From assembly GCF_009914755.1 (NCBI RefSeq), contig NC_060926.1: a stretch of DNA of 64,000 nt; one strand, given 5' to 3'. Position numbers and translations under genes: made by a program. This document shows, in pieces, positions 13,830 to 27,903 of the stretch. Below the pieces are notes generated by a model. It had not been told where the DNA came from. It was given only the letters and a program-made list of their open reading frames with translations, and made no database searches. This DNA is from the human T2T-CHM13v2.0 reference genome, Homo sapiens. Every line of letters starts with the position of its first letter. The stretch's first letter is position 1.

Positions 13830-14720
13830 AGGAAAAAAGGTTGACACAGCCATTCTGAAAAACAAATTTGAAAATACGTATGCCTCAAAACTCAGAAATC
13901 CTAATTCTTGCCATTTACTCTAGAGAAAACACAGCACAAATTCACAGGAAACATGTACACAGTTGCTTGTTAGAGTATTGTTCATGCTGTAAAACTTATA
14001 GTAACAAAAATTTGGCAGCACTATTCACAATAGCAAAGACTTGGAACCAAGCCAAATGTCCAAAAATGATAGACTGGATTAAGAAAATGTGGCACATATA
14101 CACCATGGAATATTATTCAGCCATAACAAATGATGAGTTCATGTCCTTTGTAGGGACATGGATGAAGCTGGAAACCATCATTCTCAGCAAACCATTGCAA
14201 GGACAAAAAAACCAAACACCGCATGTTCTCATTCATAGGTGGGAATTGAACAATGAGAACACAGGGACACAGGAAGGGGAACATCACACACTGGGGCCTG
14301 TTGTGGAGTGGGGGGAGGGGGGAGGGATAGCATTAGGAGATATACCTAATGTTAAATAACGAGTTAATGGGTGCAGCACACCAACACAGCACACGTATAC
14401 ATATGTAACTAACCTGCACGTTGTGCACATGTACCCTAAAACTTAAAGTATAATAAAAAATAAAAAAAAATTTGGAAACAATCTAAATGCTGGTCAGTGG
14501 AGGAATAACAAAATTGTGATATAACTGTGCCGTGGAATACTATACGGCAGTTAGAAGAATCAAGGTACATTTGTCATTATAAATGTCAAAAACGTAAGGG
14601 TAAATGATTTTGAAAAGTTGCAGTATGTATAGTTCATACCAAATAATGTATTTGTATGAATTCTAAAATTATGCACTAAGCAATACTTTATGTTTTAGAA
14701 TATATGTATATTAAGTCCTT
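13830..14720 (+). mobile_element. Old L1ME-like ORF2 C-terminus/3' UTR remnant (host of the L1PA insert)
   Basis: Translates as 'KIRMPQNSEILILAIYSRE', resembling ORF2p [17 protein letters not shown]. It resumes at 14471 with 'tttggaaacaatctaaatg..gtggaatactatacggcagtt'. Confidence 0.7.
14016..14470 (+). mobile_element. 5'-truncated primate L1PA (about L1PA4-6) 3' end
   Basis: Near-intact ORF2p C-terminus AALFTIAKTWNQ..WIKKMWHIYTMEYY..WMKLETIILSK, a G-rich 3'UTR, 'cttaaagtataataaaaaa' and a TSD aaaaatttgg (14006-14015/14466-14475). Confidence 0.95.
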
Positions 14721-15253
14721 GATGGGAGATAGATAGTTAAGTGTTCAGATTAGCTGCCAATGCACAGAAAGCGGTGGAAACTGGAAAAAGAGACAAAAGG
14801 AGTCAACAGTAGTCATGGAGTTATTATTTGAACAGAAATGACATTGTGTTGGTATCAGGGTAGATGATTGACTGAATCCATTTGATTCTGTGTACCTAAG
14901 GTCCCGCATGGAGACAAGAAGTTTAGGAATGTCTTGTGAGGAGTGTGGCTTTAAGGACAAATGCAGTACAAGAAACTTGAGCTCTGTGTCAGCTCTTCCA
15001 ACCAACCTCCCCTCCTGTGCCTGCCGCAGTCTGTCCTCAGAAAAGGGAGCTGGAGGCTCAGACGTCATACATGGTTTAGGCATTGGCTTCTGTGTGCACA
15101 CTGACGACAAGGACTCCAGTTTCAAGAACAGCTTGGTGATACTGTCACCCTGTGCTGCAAGCACATCCAAACCATCCACTCACTGTCACCCCTGCCAACA
15201 CTGAAGATGTTTCAGAGACTATTAGACTGGACCCAGGCATTTACTATCCATCA

Positions 15254-16015
<762 letters not shown>

Positions 16016-17715
16016 CTAATAAAAGAAATATTTCTAAAAACAACCACAGTGGTTTAGCAGCTGTCTTTATTCACCTTTTCAGCAATGCAGACTAAATGCA
16101 GCTGACATTCATGTTGAAATAATTTGAGTATAAATTACTTTCAAATACTTCTTTCTTAAAATAGAGAAGGGTCTGTCCTTCATATTTGAAGATGACATTC
16201 ATTCTGGTTATCCACAAGGCAGTGTGGTGAAATGGTTTTGTAACACTTATTTTAGTTTTGTTGGAATGTCTTTAACAGTTAAGTTCTTGTAAAAGATAAC
16301 ATAGATTTAACTCTAGGCCTGATAATGGAAATTTGTTTGCCTCCGAGCTAAGTTTATAAAGTGGAACAGTAATAGTACTAAATGAAATAAACTCATGGGG
16401 AAACTCCATAGAAAGGACAGAAAATTTCAAAAAGTAACCCCTGGTCTATAGCTTCTGTGTGTTTCTTTTTGGGGGGATGGGGGGAAGCTCTTCCATTTTA
16501 CTTCATGCATTAGGCGAATCACTCAGTTGTGATTTTTCAGAACCATGTGGCTGTTATGCAGATGCACCTCTTACAGCTGCAAGGATACTTCTAAAAGCTT
16601 GGCTTCCCTCTGATTATCTACCCTTAGTCAGCCTGCTCTCTTTTAACCATTCTATGGCTACCAACTTATTGGATCATTTCCTAAAATAAAGCCAAGGGGA
16701 TCCCTGTAGTAACTAGACTCATAGAAAGAGTTTTCCAGCAGTGGAAAACTTTGGCTGCTTTTGATTCAGATAATGTGCAAGGAACTTCATCGACCAATCT
16801 CTATTACAACCACATGGTCAGTTCCCTGAGTAAAGCCAACTGGGATCTTTTTCATTCTTCCAGGTTAAGGCTAAGGAAATTCACATCTTGATGGTCTAAA
16901 ATTGTCTAGGTATAAGAATTAAGGCAAGAAAAGCTGAAGGAGAAAGGCAGACTTGGCCATAAAACAGGCTCATCCACAGCTTCTAGTGGGAAGACAAGAG
17001 TCTGTTGGAAACCAAAGTAGAATCTCTGCACATCTGCACCAAGAGAAACCTTCTGAGAAATGGAGAGCTCAGCTCTGCTTATTAAAATAATTATTATGTC
17101 TGTTTAATCATTAATTCTGAATAGTGTTCAAATCACTAGTTCTGAATAGTCATCAAATTAACAAAGTATTATACAAGTTAATACTAATTCAATTGTCTTT
17201 AGAGTCATTAAATTGATTTCAGCAGTAAGTAGAAGGGTGGGGGTATTTTATCACAAAAGTATGAAAAGAGGAGAGCCCCAGGAATACTGAAAACAACAAT
17301 AAAATTTTCTCAATCTTGCCCCATGAAATCCTACTTAAAATAGCTTTAGAGGGTTCACTACATTCTCTATTCTCCTTGAGCAACATTTGGGCAACTTTTT
17401 CCCATTGGCCATCAGCAAACACATGGAGGCATGTTTGAGCAGCCTAAAATGATGATCCATACATATTCAGGAACTCCCTAATTATTTCCAGTTAGGCCCA
17501 CAAAAGTGAAAGACTCCTGAGATGGGCTATAACTCGTATTGTTCTAGGGCTTAGTTGTTGTAACTTTCCCAAACAAAGAAATGGCTATGATTCTGTGCAT
17601 ACGACAGAACTTCTCCATCTGCCATATCTAGGACAGTCATATTATCTGATAATATTAATTTTTGTTAATGCATTAATTATTAACAACATTTAATTATTTA
17701 AATAAAGGTGGCTTT

Positions 17716-17990
17716 GTAACTCAGGAATGGAAAACCAAACAACATATGTTCTCACTGACATGTGGGAGCTAAGCTATGAGAACAAAAAGACATAAGAATG
17801 ATACAGTGGACTTTGGGGACTTGGGGTTGAAGATTGGAAGGTGGGGTGAGGGATAAAAGACAACATATATGGTGCAGTGTATACTGATCAGGTGATGGAT
17901 GCACCAGGATCTCACAAATCACTACTAAAGAATTTACTCTTAAACCAAATACCCCCTGTACCCCCAATAACTTATGGAAAAAAATAAAAA
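17716..17990 (+). mobile_element. L1PB-type 3' end
   Basis: 'tatgttctcactgacatgtgggagctaagctatgag..gggataaaagacaacat..cccccaataacttatggaaaaaa' with TSD aataaaggtg/aacaaaggtg. Confidence 0.88.
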
Positions 17991-19097
17991 CAAAGGTGAT
18001 ATTGAATTATTGAATGAATGTAATTCCCCAATACGTTTTAAGGAGGTTGGAGGGTGCTAACCACAGGGCATTTTGCAAGCATTGTAATAAGTTAGGAGAG
18101 GCAAATTCTACATATAACGAAGATGAGGGATTTGTAAAATTTGAGAAATATTTGAGAGCAGGAGATTACATTTAGGGAAATCTGAGTGCTTTATGGAAGG
18201 AAAGGAAAAGAGACAAAAAGAACCCAGGAACAACAACAACAAAAAAGGCCACTATATGAACTTTTCTAAGTTCTAAATTTTTTTATGAGACAACTCACTC
18301 CTCTGCTTTTCCTAGCAGATCTTCAGTAGATTCTATGCTGACCAATGCTTGCTTCTCTCTTATTAGAATAGCAGAGAACATAGACAGATAGTTTCAAGAG
18401 GATAATGAAAGGACAACTGACATCTGGGTCACCTATGGTGTGTTTCAGTAGTTTCCGCCATACACCATGTATGATATTAAGCCAATTCTCCAACAGATAC
18501 TCCATTAATAGCTGAATCCCTTTTTCTCATCCATTATCTTACATTATCTACATTGGTCAACTCTTACATATTCTCTCAACAACTATCCATTGAACACTAA
18601 CTTTTTAGGGGATACTTAGCTAGATCTTTGAGAAAGTTAGAGTTGAATCAGCCATTTATTTTGCCTTTGAAAGGAAAACAATCCAATAGGAACAGTGAGA
18701 CCTAGGCACTGGTAACTATAATCCAGTGTAGAAATTGAGAGATGCCGTAAGAATGGGAGATTAAAGCATTTAATCAAAGGGAAAGGAGTTAAGTAAGAAT
18801 GTGTAGAGGATTTAGGACTTCAGTTGATTCTGAGAGGAGATTTAAAATCAATCAAAATCAATGAGTCAGGTGTTTCCAATAAAACAATGATCTGCAATTC
18901 AGAATTTTGTTGTGCTGATGGTTACTGCAATAAAATGTTTCACCCCCTTGCAAGGCTCATAGTCTAAAGGTATAAGATTTGGATAGTAGAACAAATCCAT
19001 TATGTGATTCACACTCCTACCTATAGCAACCAAATGTGACATGAAGAATAACAAAAAGAAAAAAATCCCGTACTTGGGAGACATTAAACGTACATGT

Positions 19098-19494
19098 TTT
19101 ATTAGTCCGTTTCTACACTGCTATAAAGAACTACCCAAGACTGGGTAATTTATAAAGTAAAAATGTTTAATTGACTCACAGTTCTGCAGACATAACAGGA
19201 AGCATGACTGGAAGCCTTCAGGAAACTTGCAATCATGGCGAAAGGCAAAGGGGAAGCCAGCACTTCTTACCATGGCAGACCACTAGAGAAAGAGAGAGGA
19301 AACTGGGAAGTGCCACACACTAAAAAAAACAGCTCATGAGAACTCACTCACTATCATGAGAACAGCAAGGGGGAAGTTTGCCACTTGACCCAATCACCTA
19401 CCACCAGGCCCCACCCCTGACACATGGTGATTACAATTCCGGATGAGATTTGAGTGGAGCCAAATCTCATTCCAGATGATAGCCAAACCATATC
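19098..19494 (-). mobile_element. MSTA-like MaLR solo LTR
   Basis: 'attagtccgtttctacactgctataaagaactacccaagactgggtaatttataa..caggaagcatg..agccaaaccatatc'. Confidence 0.88.
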
Positions 19495-19522
19495 CCTTTT
19501 ATTATTTCTAAAGAATGGAGAG

Positions 19523-19843
<321 letters not shown>

Positions 19844-21579
19844 TCATTCTCTATAATCACATAAAATATGTCTCCTCTTTCCAAAACTATGGCATTGCCC
19901 TTCCAAAGTGGAAATCAAACTAGGGAACAGAGACTTACAGAAGCTGAAAACTGGTAACTTTAGGGTAATAATTCTACTAAAATTTTTTAATCTAACTGTC
20001 ATTTTAATTATAAAATAATAAAAATAATTAGACTACACAGAAAAAGATAAACTCCAATTTAAAATACAACTGTAATGTGGGAGAAAGCAATTTTTCTCAA
20101 AGAATATTATTCTAGGCCCTTACTGAATAGTGTGGATAGCATTTAAATTCCTTTATCACAGCTTAAACTGGTGCTGCTTTATAGAAGTGTTCATATCTGT
20201 AATGAGGCTCGAACCCCAAACACGAACACATTCAAGCACAAGATAAATGCAATTGCTGAATATTAATGAATTTATTGTAGGAAGAGCTACTGAGTTTTCA
20301 CACACTGTCTTATTCAAAGCTGACTCTATTTCAGCAGAACTCTGCCACCATCTGTCATGATACCAAATATGACTGATCATGAAATAAATAAATGACTGAA
20401 AAAATGTGTTCAATTATTTCCTTTGGAGCTTACCATACAGCAAGGGTCAATCCAGGCCAACGTTAGTTTGCCACTTTTTCTAGCTTTCTAAGGCTCTCAC
20501 CACCACTACACTCCTAATAATTATATATTTCCTAATATCGCTAGACCTAATTTTGTGTTTATGCAAAACAGAAATGCAGATCCTGCAGAAGTGTCTCACA
20601 TTATATAAATTGTAGATACATTAGAACTGATTATTAAGTCCTGGTTTCTTTTCCCTCCCCGACCACAAACACACACACACACACACACACGCATCCTAAT
20701 TACTGACTACATTTGGGCATGCTAAATAAAATAAACAAATGAGTCAAAAAAATTTAAGCTCCTTATGCTTATAGAAGGGACCTAGGAGTAAAGAGTCAAG
20801 AAAGGACAAGCCTGGATCATGGGAATATCGTGCCTGGAGACCTCACATGAGGTCAGTACTTTTGCTGGATTACTTTTAGCTGTCATGCCACGAGCCTTGT
20901 CTTATGACATTCCTATTTTTTTGCCACTCAGATGTTGTTGAGAATATTTTTCATGATAGGCACAAAGGTCTCTCTGTGAGCAACCACTGGAGAATGTTTT
21001 TTTTTTTTTTTTTTCATTTCTAGCTCCAACAATAGATGTATTTCTCATAAGTTATTAGCTTTGCTTTTCATCCTACAGGCGATGTAAGTTGTGAAATTCA
21101 TCACGTTTCCTTTTTTTATATTTACTGCTATGAAACCCAACCCCAGACAAGTCCATGATCCATCTCTTCTGAAAACAGTCTCCCAGATGCCTAGAGCACA
21201 GCAATCGAGGGGCCGTTCTCAGGATGCCTCGCTAGCCTCAGATTCTGACCTCACAGCCCAGCAGGTGTGCAGCATGATTGCTAACTGAACTCTCAGTTCA
21301 CCTTATTTTTTTCTCAGTTCATGATTTCCTCACTTCCATGTATTATTATTTTGTAGGCAGTTTTAATATATCTATCTTCAATCTGAGGAGTGTAAGTAGA
21401 TTGTTTAAAGCTATAGAAAACCCAATGCTCATCAAAATTTCCCAGTCAAATTTATCTGCTGTATTATTAGGACTTTCAGAGAGATCATGAGCCTACACTG
21501 GTATTTGTATCATGTTCACAGATTTGTGCATTTATAAAATTGTTTAGCTAACAAAAAAGTGAGACTGCATATTGCAATG

Positions 21580-21800
21580 TTTAACCAAGCAGGTTTTAGA
21601 GCCAGTTTAATGGAGTTCAACTTCCAGCTCTGTCATTTAACAGCTATGAGACCAAAGGAAAATTACTTAACCTCTCTTGGTTTCCTCATCACATAAAATA
21701 AGAATAAAAGTAGTAACTACTTCATAAGGTTATTATGAAGAGCAAATGAATTAGGTGAAAAGATTTAGCATAGTGCCTGGAGGCTGGTAAATAATATAAA
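21580..21800 (+). mobile_element. MIR
   Basis: 'ttccagctctgtcatttaacagctatgagacc..ttacttaacctctct..ttagcatagtgcctgg'. Confidence 0.75.
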
Positions 21801-21922
21801 AGCATTTATGTCATTGGTGTATCAATCTAAATTCTTCTTTGTGTTGTATCTGGTACATTTAAAACATCTTCTTAACATTCTTACCTATTATGTAAGTATT
21901 AAGCATCATTGTGAATAGTTAA

Positions 21923-22680
21923 AAAATGAAAGTAATCTGCACAGAAAATGAAATAATCCCCCAAATAAAAAAGCGACCTACATAATGGGAGAAAAATATT
22001 TGCAAACCGTGTATCTGATAAAAGGTTATTATCCAAAATATACAAGGAACTCAACAGGAAGAAAACAACCAAATTTTTTAAATGAGCAAAGAATCTGAAT
22101 AGACATTTTTCCAAAGAAGACACACAAACGGCCAACAGGCATACAAAGAGGTGCTCATCATCATGAATCATCAGAGAAATGAAAACCAAAACCACAATAA
22201 GATATCACCTCACACCTGTTAGGATGGTTATTATTAAAAGAAAAAGAGATAACGAGTGTTGGTGAGAGTATGGAGAAAAGGGAACCTTGTACACTGTTGG
22301 TGAAATTGTAACTTGGTATAGCCATTATGGAAAACAGTATGGAGGTTTCTCAAAAAATTAAAAATAGAACTACTCCAGCAATCCCACTTCTGGGTATATA
22401 TCTAAAGGAAATAAAATCAGCATTTTTGAAGTTAAGTTATAAGATGTTATCTTTTATATAAATATTACCATATGATATAAGTTTATAGTATATTTATAGT
22501 TTATAATTTTATAATATATTATATATTAAAATATCTTTTATATAAATATTTTAAAGATAAAAAGATATTTTATCATGTAAAATCAGCATCTATACCACCA
22601 TGTTCATTGCAGCATTATTCACAGTAACCAAGATGTGTAAACTACCTAAGAGCCGATCAATAGATAAAGAAATTGTAATA
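21923..22680 (+). mobile_element. L1MA/MB ORF2 fragment with an AT-rich insertion (about 22424-22577)
   Basis: 'atgggagaaaaatatttgcaaacc', 'gatatcacctcacacctgttaggatgg', 'ccagcaatcccacttctgggtatata' and the peptide MFIAALFTVTK. Confidence 0.88.
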
Positions 22681-22693
22681 TACCAAGAGATGA

Positions 22694-23461
<768 letters not shown>

Positions 23462-23643
23462 AAAATGAAAGGAATCTACACAGAAAATGAAATAACCAAC
23501 ACAAAAAAGAAACCTGCAGAATGGGAGAAAATATTTTCAAACCATGTATCTGATAAAGGGTTATTATCCAAAATATACAAGGAACTCAACATCAAGAAAA
23601 CAAATAAACCAATTTTTTAATTGGGCAAAGACCCTGATTAGAT
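23462..23643 (+). repeat. Local duplicate of L1 segment 21923-22104
   Basis: Same 5' start 'aaaatgaaag(t/g)aatct(g/a)cacagaaaatgaaataa' and shared 'ggttattatccaaaatatacaaggaactcaaca'. Confidence 0.85.
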
Positions 23644-25598
23644 AGAGTTTGAATCTTGCACTGGTAATATACCAGAGCCCTATTAGTTTAGTGATTAGGT
23701 ATGAGGATAGGAAACACTTTCTGTAATCATATGAAAAAGCTGAATAAACTTAAAGTGAACATTTTTTTAGACCCAAGTAAAAGGAAAGAATAATCACCCA
23801 GAGAAGTCTCCACAGAAAAGGCCTAGAGAAAAAGAATTTACCAGAACCTTATTCAAGCCAGGAAGACATCTGTCCCCAACTAGTCCTCTCTAGCTTTCCT
23901 GTCTCACTAGGGAAGGGAACCATGGAAAAATACTTGGGAAGATCACAGCCCAGAGACACAAGTCAAGAAAAATACCAAATCAAGGACACTAGAGAAAGTT
24001 AAAACCTCCAGTCCTACAGCTACAGCAAACAATAAACACAGCACAGTTACCAGCCATATTCATATAAATCATCACACTGAAGGCCCAGTTATCTCAGTTC
24101 CTATTACCCAATGCAACATGTCCAGCTTCCAAGAAAAAAGGATAAGGCATTCCAAACCAAGAAAAAAAAAAAAGGAAAAACAGTCTTAAGAAGCGTAGTA
24201 AACAACAGAAACAGACTCAGACATGACACAGATGTTGGACTTATCAGGCAGGGATTTAAAATAATTATAATTAATGCATCAAGGGCTCAATGGGAAAAAA
24301 GTAGACAGCATTCAAGAACAGTTGAGTAAAGTAAGCAAAGAGAAAAAACCCTAAGAAAGAAACAAAGGGAAATGTTAGATATTAATTTCTTTGATAAGCA
24401 CATTAATACTCTAGACATCAGGAGACAGAATTGCTAAGAAATAATCAAAAGCAAATTCTAGAATTTAAAAACAATATGAGAGTAATAAAAAATACCTTTA
24501 ATGGGCTTGTTAATAGACTGAGAAAAGAATCAATGAGCTTGAAGGTATATCACTAGAAACTTCCCAAACTGAAATGCAAAGAGAGAAAAGACTAAATAAA
24601 ACAGAAGAGAACATCCAAGAACTCTAGCAACAATTTCAAAAGGTGCAATGTGCAAACAATTAAAATACTAGAAGAAGAAAAAAGAATGGAGCATAAATAT
24701 TTGAGGTGACAATGACCTAGCACATTCTAACATTAATCACCAACACCAAACCACAGATTCAGGAAGCTGAGCAAACACCAAGCAGGAAAAATATCAAAAA
24801 ACTGACACCTAGCATGTACTATCCAAATTACAGAACACCAAAAACAGAGAAAAAGTTTGAAGGAACTAGAGGAAAAAAAATCTTACCTATAAGGAACAAG
24901 GATAAGAACTACAAATGTACCATAACTCACCTACCATCAAATATACAATTTGAACAGCTCTATAGCTATCAAGAAAATTTAACTCATAATTTTAACACCC
25001 CTAAAAATGGGATCTCCAGACTCAGAGTTTCAGTGGAGTTTTATCAAAGATTGAAAGGAGAATTAACACCAATTCTACATAATCTCTTCTAGGAAATAAA
25101 AAAAAGTGAACACTTTCCAATTAATCTTAGGAAGTTAGCATTACTTTGATACCCAAAACAGAAAAACATAGTACAAAAAATGAAAACTACACACCAACAT
25201 GTCTCATAAATGTAGATATAAAAATCCTTAGCAAAATACTATCAAAAAGAATTCAGCAATATATAAAAATAATTATACATGATAACAAAGTAGGATTTAT
25301 TACAGATAATTTAAGCTTGTTCAACACTGGAAAAACAACCATTGTAGTTTACCTCATCAACAAGCTAGAAAAGAAAAGTAATATCATAACATCAATTAAT
25401 ACCAAAAAAGCATCTAACAAAATCCAACATTCATTCATATTGTAAAACTTCTCAGCAAACTAAGAATAGAGGAGAATTTCCTCAACTTAATAAAAAAAAA
25501 TCTATTTGAAAAAAACAAATCCCTACAGATGACATCATACATATAATGAGAAACTAGACATTTTCTTCCTAAGGAGGGAAAGAAATTAGGCCAGAATG

Positions 25599-27005
25599 GG
25601 GTTTGAATCATGATCCCAAAAGGCACACTCCCAAACTCCATACTCTCTAATGTTGAAATCTTCTCTAAAGATCAAAATCTCTAAAGCCCAGATCCTTGTA
25701 ATCTAAAATCCCTACCATGTAAAATCCCCAAAATCACAATCCCAAAAGATTAAAATCCCTAATGTTGAAATCCTAAAAGCTGGATTCTGGAGGAAGATTA
25801 GTGTGTTTTCAGCTGTACACACAATTAGTTGCTGAATGTTAGACACAACTATTACTTTGTTGTTGTCTTTATTTGCCAGTTAAGTATAATTTAAGGAGAT
25901 ATATATGGGTGCCAAACTGACAGTAGGTAGATTTGTGAACTTAATTTTAGGTGTCAACTTGAATGGATAAAGGAACACCTAGAAACGGAATAAAGCATAA
26001 TTTTGGGTGTGACTGTGAGGGTGTTCCCAGGAAAGATTAGTATGTGAGACCAGGTAAACTAAGCGGGGAAGATCTGCCCTCAGTGCTGGCAGGCACCATC
26101 TAAACGGACAGAGTCCCGGAGAGAACAAACACTGAAGGCAAACTCTGAGAGCTGGGACAGATTTCTTCTGCTGTCTAGGACATCAGAAATTTGATTCCAT
26201 TAAAGTACATTATCACAATGATGACTTTGTATGCAAGCATTGTGTGTATACGTGAAAACATTGAAACTTTCTCAATAAATGAAGAGATGTTCTTTCTATA
26301 CAATTGCATTTGTGAAAGATAAAATTTCTTGAGATCTCACCTCTTTGGACAAATGGTGGTGACACACAGCAGTTTTTGATCATCCCATTAAAAGGTTGTT
26401 CACTACAGTATTTCAGATGACCACATAGTGATATGTTTATATATATATATATATAATTTTTTTTTTTTAAGAGACAGGGTCTCGTTCTGTTGCCCAGACT
26501 GGAGTTTAGCGGTGTGATCATAGCTGACTGCAGCCTCAAACTCCTGGGCTCAAGGAATCCTCCCACTTCAGCCACCTGAGTAGCTAGGAACACCGGTGCC
26601 AACCACTATGCCTGGCTACCTGGCTAATGGTTTTTTTTCTAATTTTTTTGTAGAGATGGGGCCTCATTGTTTTGCTTTAGGCTGGTTTCACCTTTTTCTT
26701 CATCAATACAGCTCGTCTGCTCTTAACTGTTAGACCTGCGTGACTGTTGCTAATATGTCTAAGTGTTTATGCTTGCAAAAATATGTCTTATTATTTTCTA
26801 TTTTATTGTGTAGAGTGGCCTATGAAGTGTTCTGTTGTGTTTTTGTTTCTCAGGTAAATTTCCTTTAAAAATGGAAATACATTGTAAAGAATTTTTAATT
26901 ATTTTTTTTCCAAAATTACATATACGGGAATTTCATCTTTCAGGATTTCAGCACTGGGGATTATGGCATTTGGGTTTGTGCCTTTCAAGATTATGAACAG
27001 CTCCC
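25599..27005 (+). mobile_element. Ricksha (MULE/MuDR-like DNA transposon) with captured MLT2-like LTR sequence
   Basis: Left end 'gggtttgaatcatgatcccaaaaggcacactcccaaactccata..aatgttgaaatc' is inverted to the right end 'gatttcagcactggggattatggcatttgggtttgtgcctttcaagattatgaacagctccc'. It has subterminal (aaaatccc)n repeats and internal MLT2-like 'tgtcaacttgaatggataaagg'. It splits L1 ORF2. Confidence 0.82.
26439..26690 (-). mobile_element. 5'-truncated AluJ inside Ricksha
   Basis: 'gagacagggtctcg..gatcatagctgactgcagcctcaaactcctgggctcaag' with a (TA)n/T tail. Confidence 0.88.
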
Positions 27006-27103
27006 ACAAGGATGTTCTCTCCACTGCCCTTATTAAATGTCATACTAGAAGGCTTAGCTATTATAATAAGAATATATAATGAAATAAAAAATATACAGGT
27101 TCA

Positions 27104-27400
<297 letters not shown>

Positions 27401-27623
27401 TATATAGAGAGAGTTTGGAAAGCAGGAAATGAATTTGTCTTTATTTGTAGATGACACAATTCTCTATACAGAAAATCTCAAAATATCAACAAAAATATCT
27501 TGAAACTAATAAGTCATTATAGCAAAGTCACAGGGTAAAAGGTTGAGATATAAACATCAAATGTTTTTCTAATACCAGCAAGAAACAATTAAAATTTAAA
27601 TTTTTAAAAGTACAGTTTATTGA

Positions 27624-27903
27624 CAGTAGCTCACACCTGTAATCCCAGCACTTTGGGAGGCAAAGGGAGGGAGATGGCCTGATCCCAGGAGTTTTAGACC
27701 AGCCTCGGCAACGTGGTGAAACCCAGTCTCTACGAAAAATACTAAAATTATCCAGGCATGGTGGCACACCCTGTAGTCTCAGCTACTCTGGAGACTGAGG
27801 TGGAAAGATCACCTGAGCCCAGGAGACAGAGGTTGCACTGAGCCTGTTTGTACCACTGCACTCCAGCCTGGGTGACAGAGTGAGACCCTGCCTCAAAGAA
27901 AAA
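27624..27903 (+). mobile_element. AluJ SINE
   Basis: Diverged dimer with TSD aaaagtacagttta/aaaatacaattta. Confidence 0.88.

Noticed and set aside
13868-14359. 163-aa ORF as a functional gene
   Set aside because: A chimera of L1 ORF2 fragments with a non-ATG start and a frameshift near the end.
21079-21083. Possible 5-nt micro-exon 'cctacag|gcgat|gtaagt'
   Set aside because: Frame-shifting length, no supporting gene structure, and plausible by chance.
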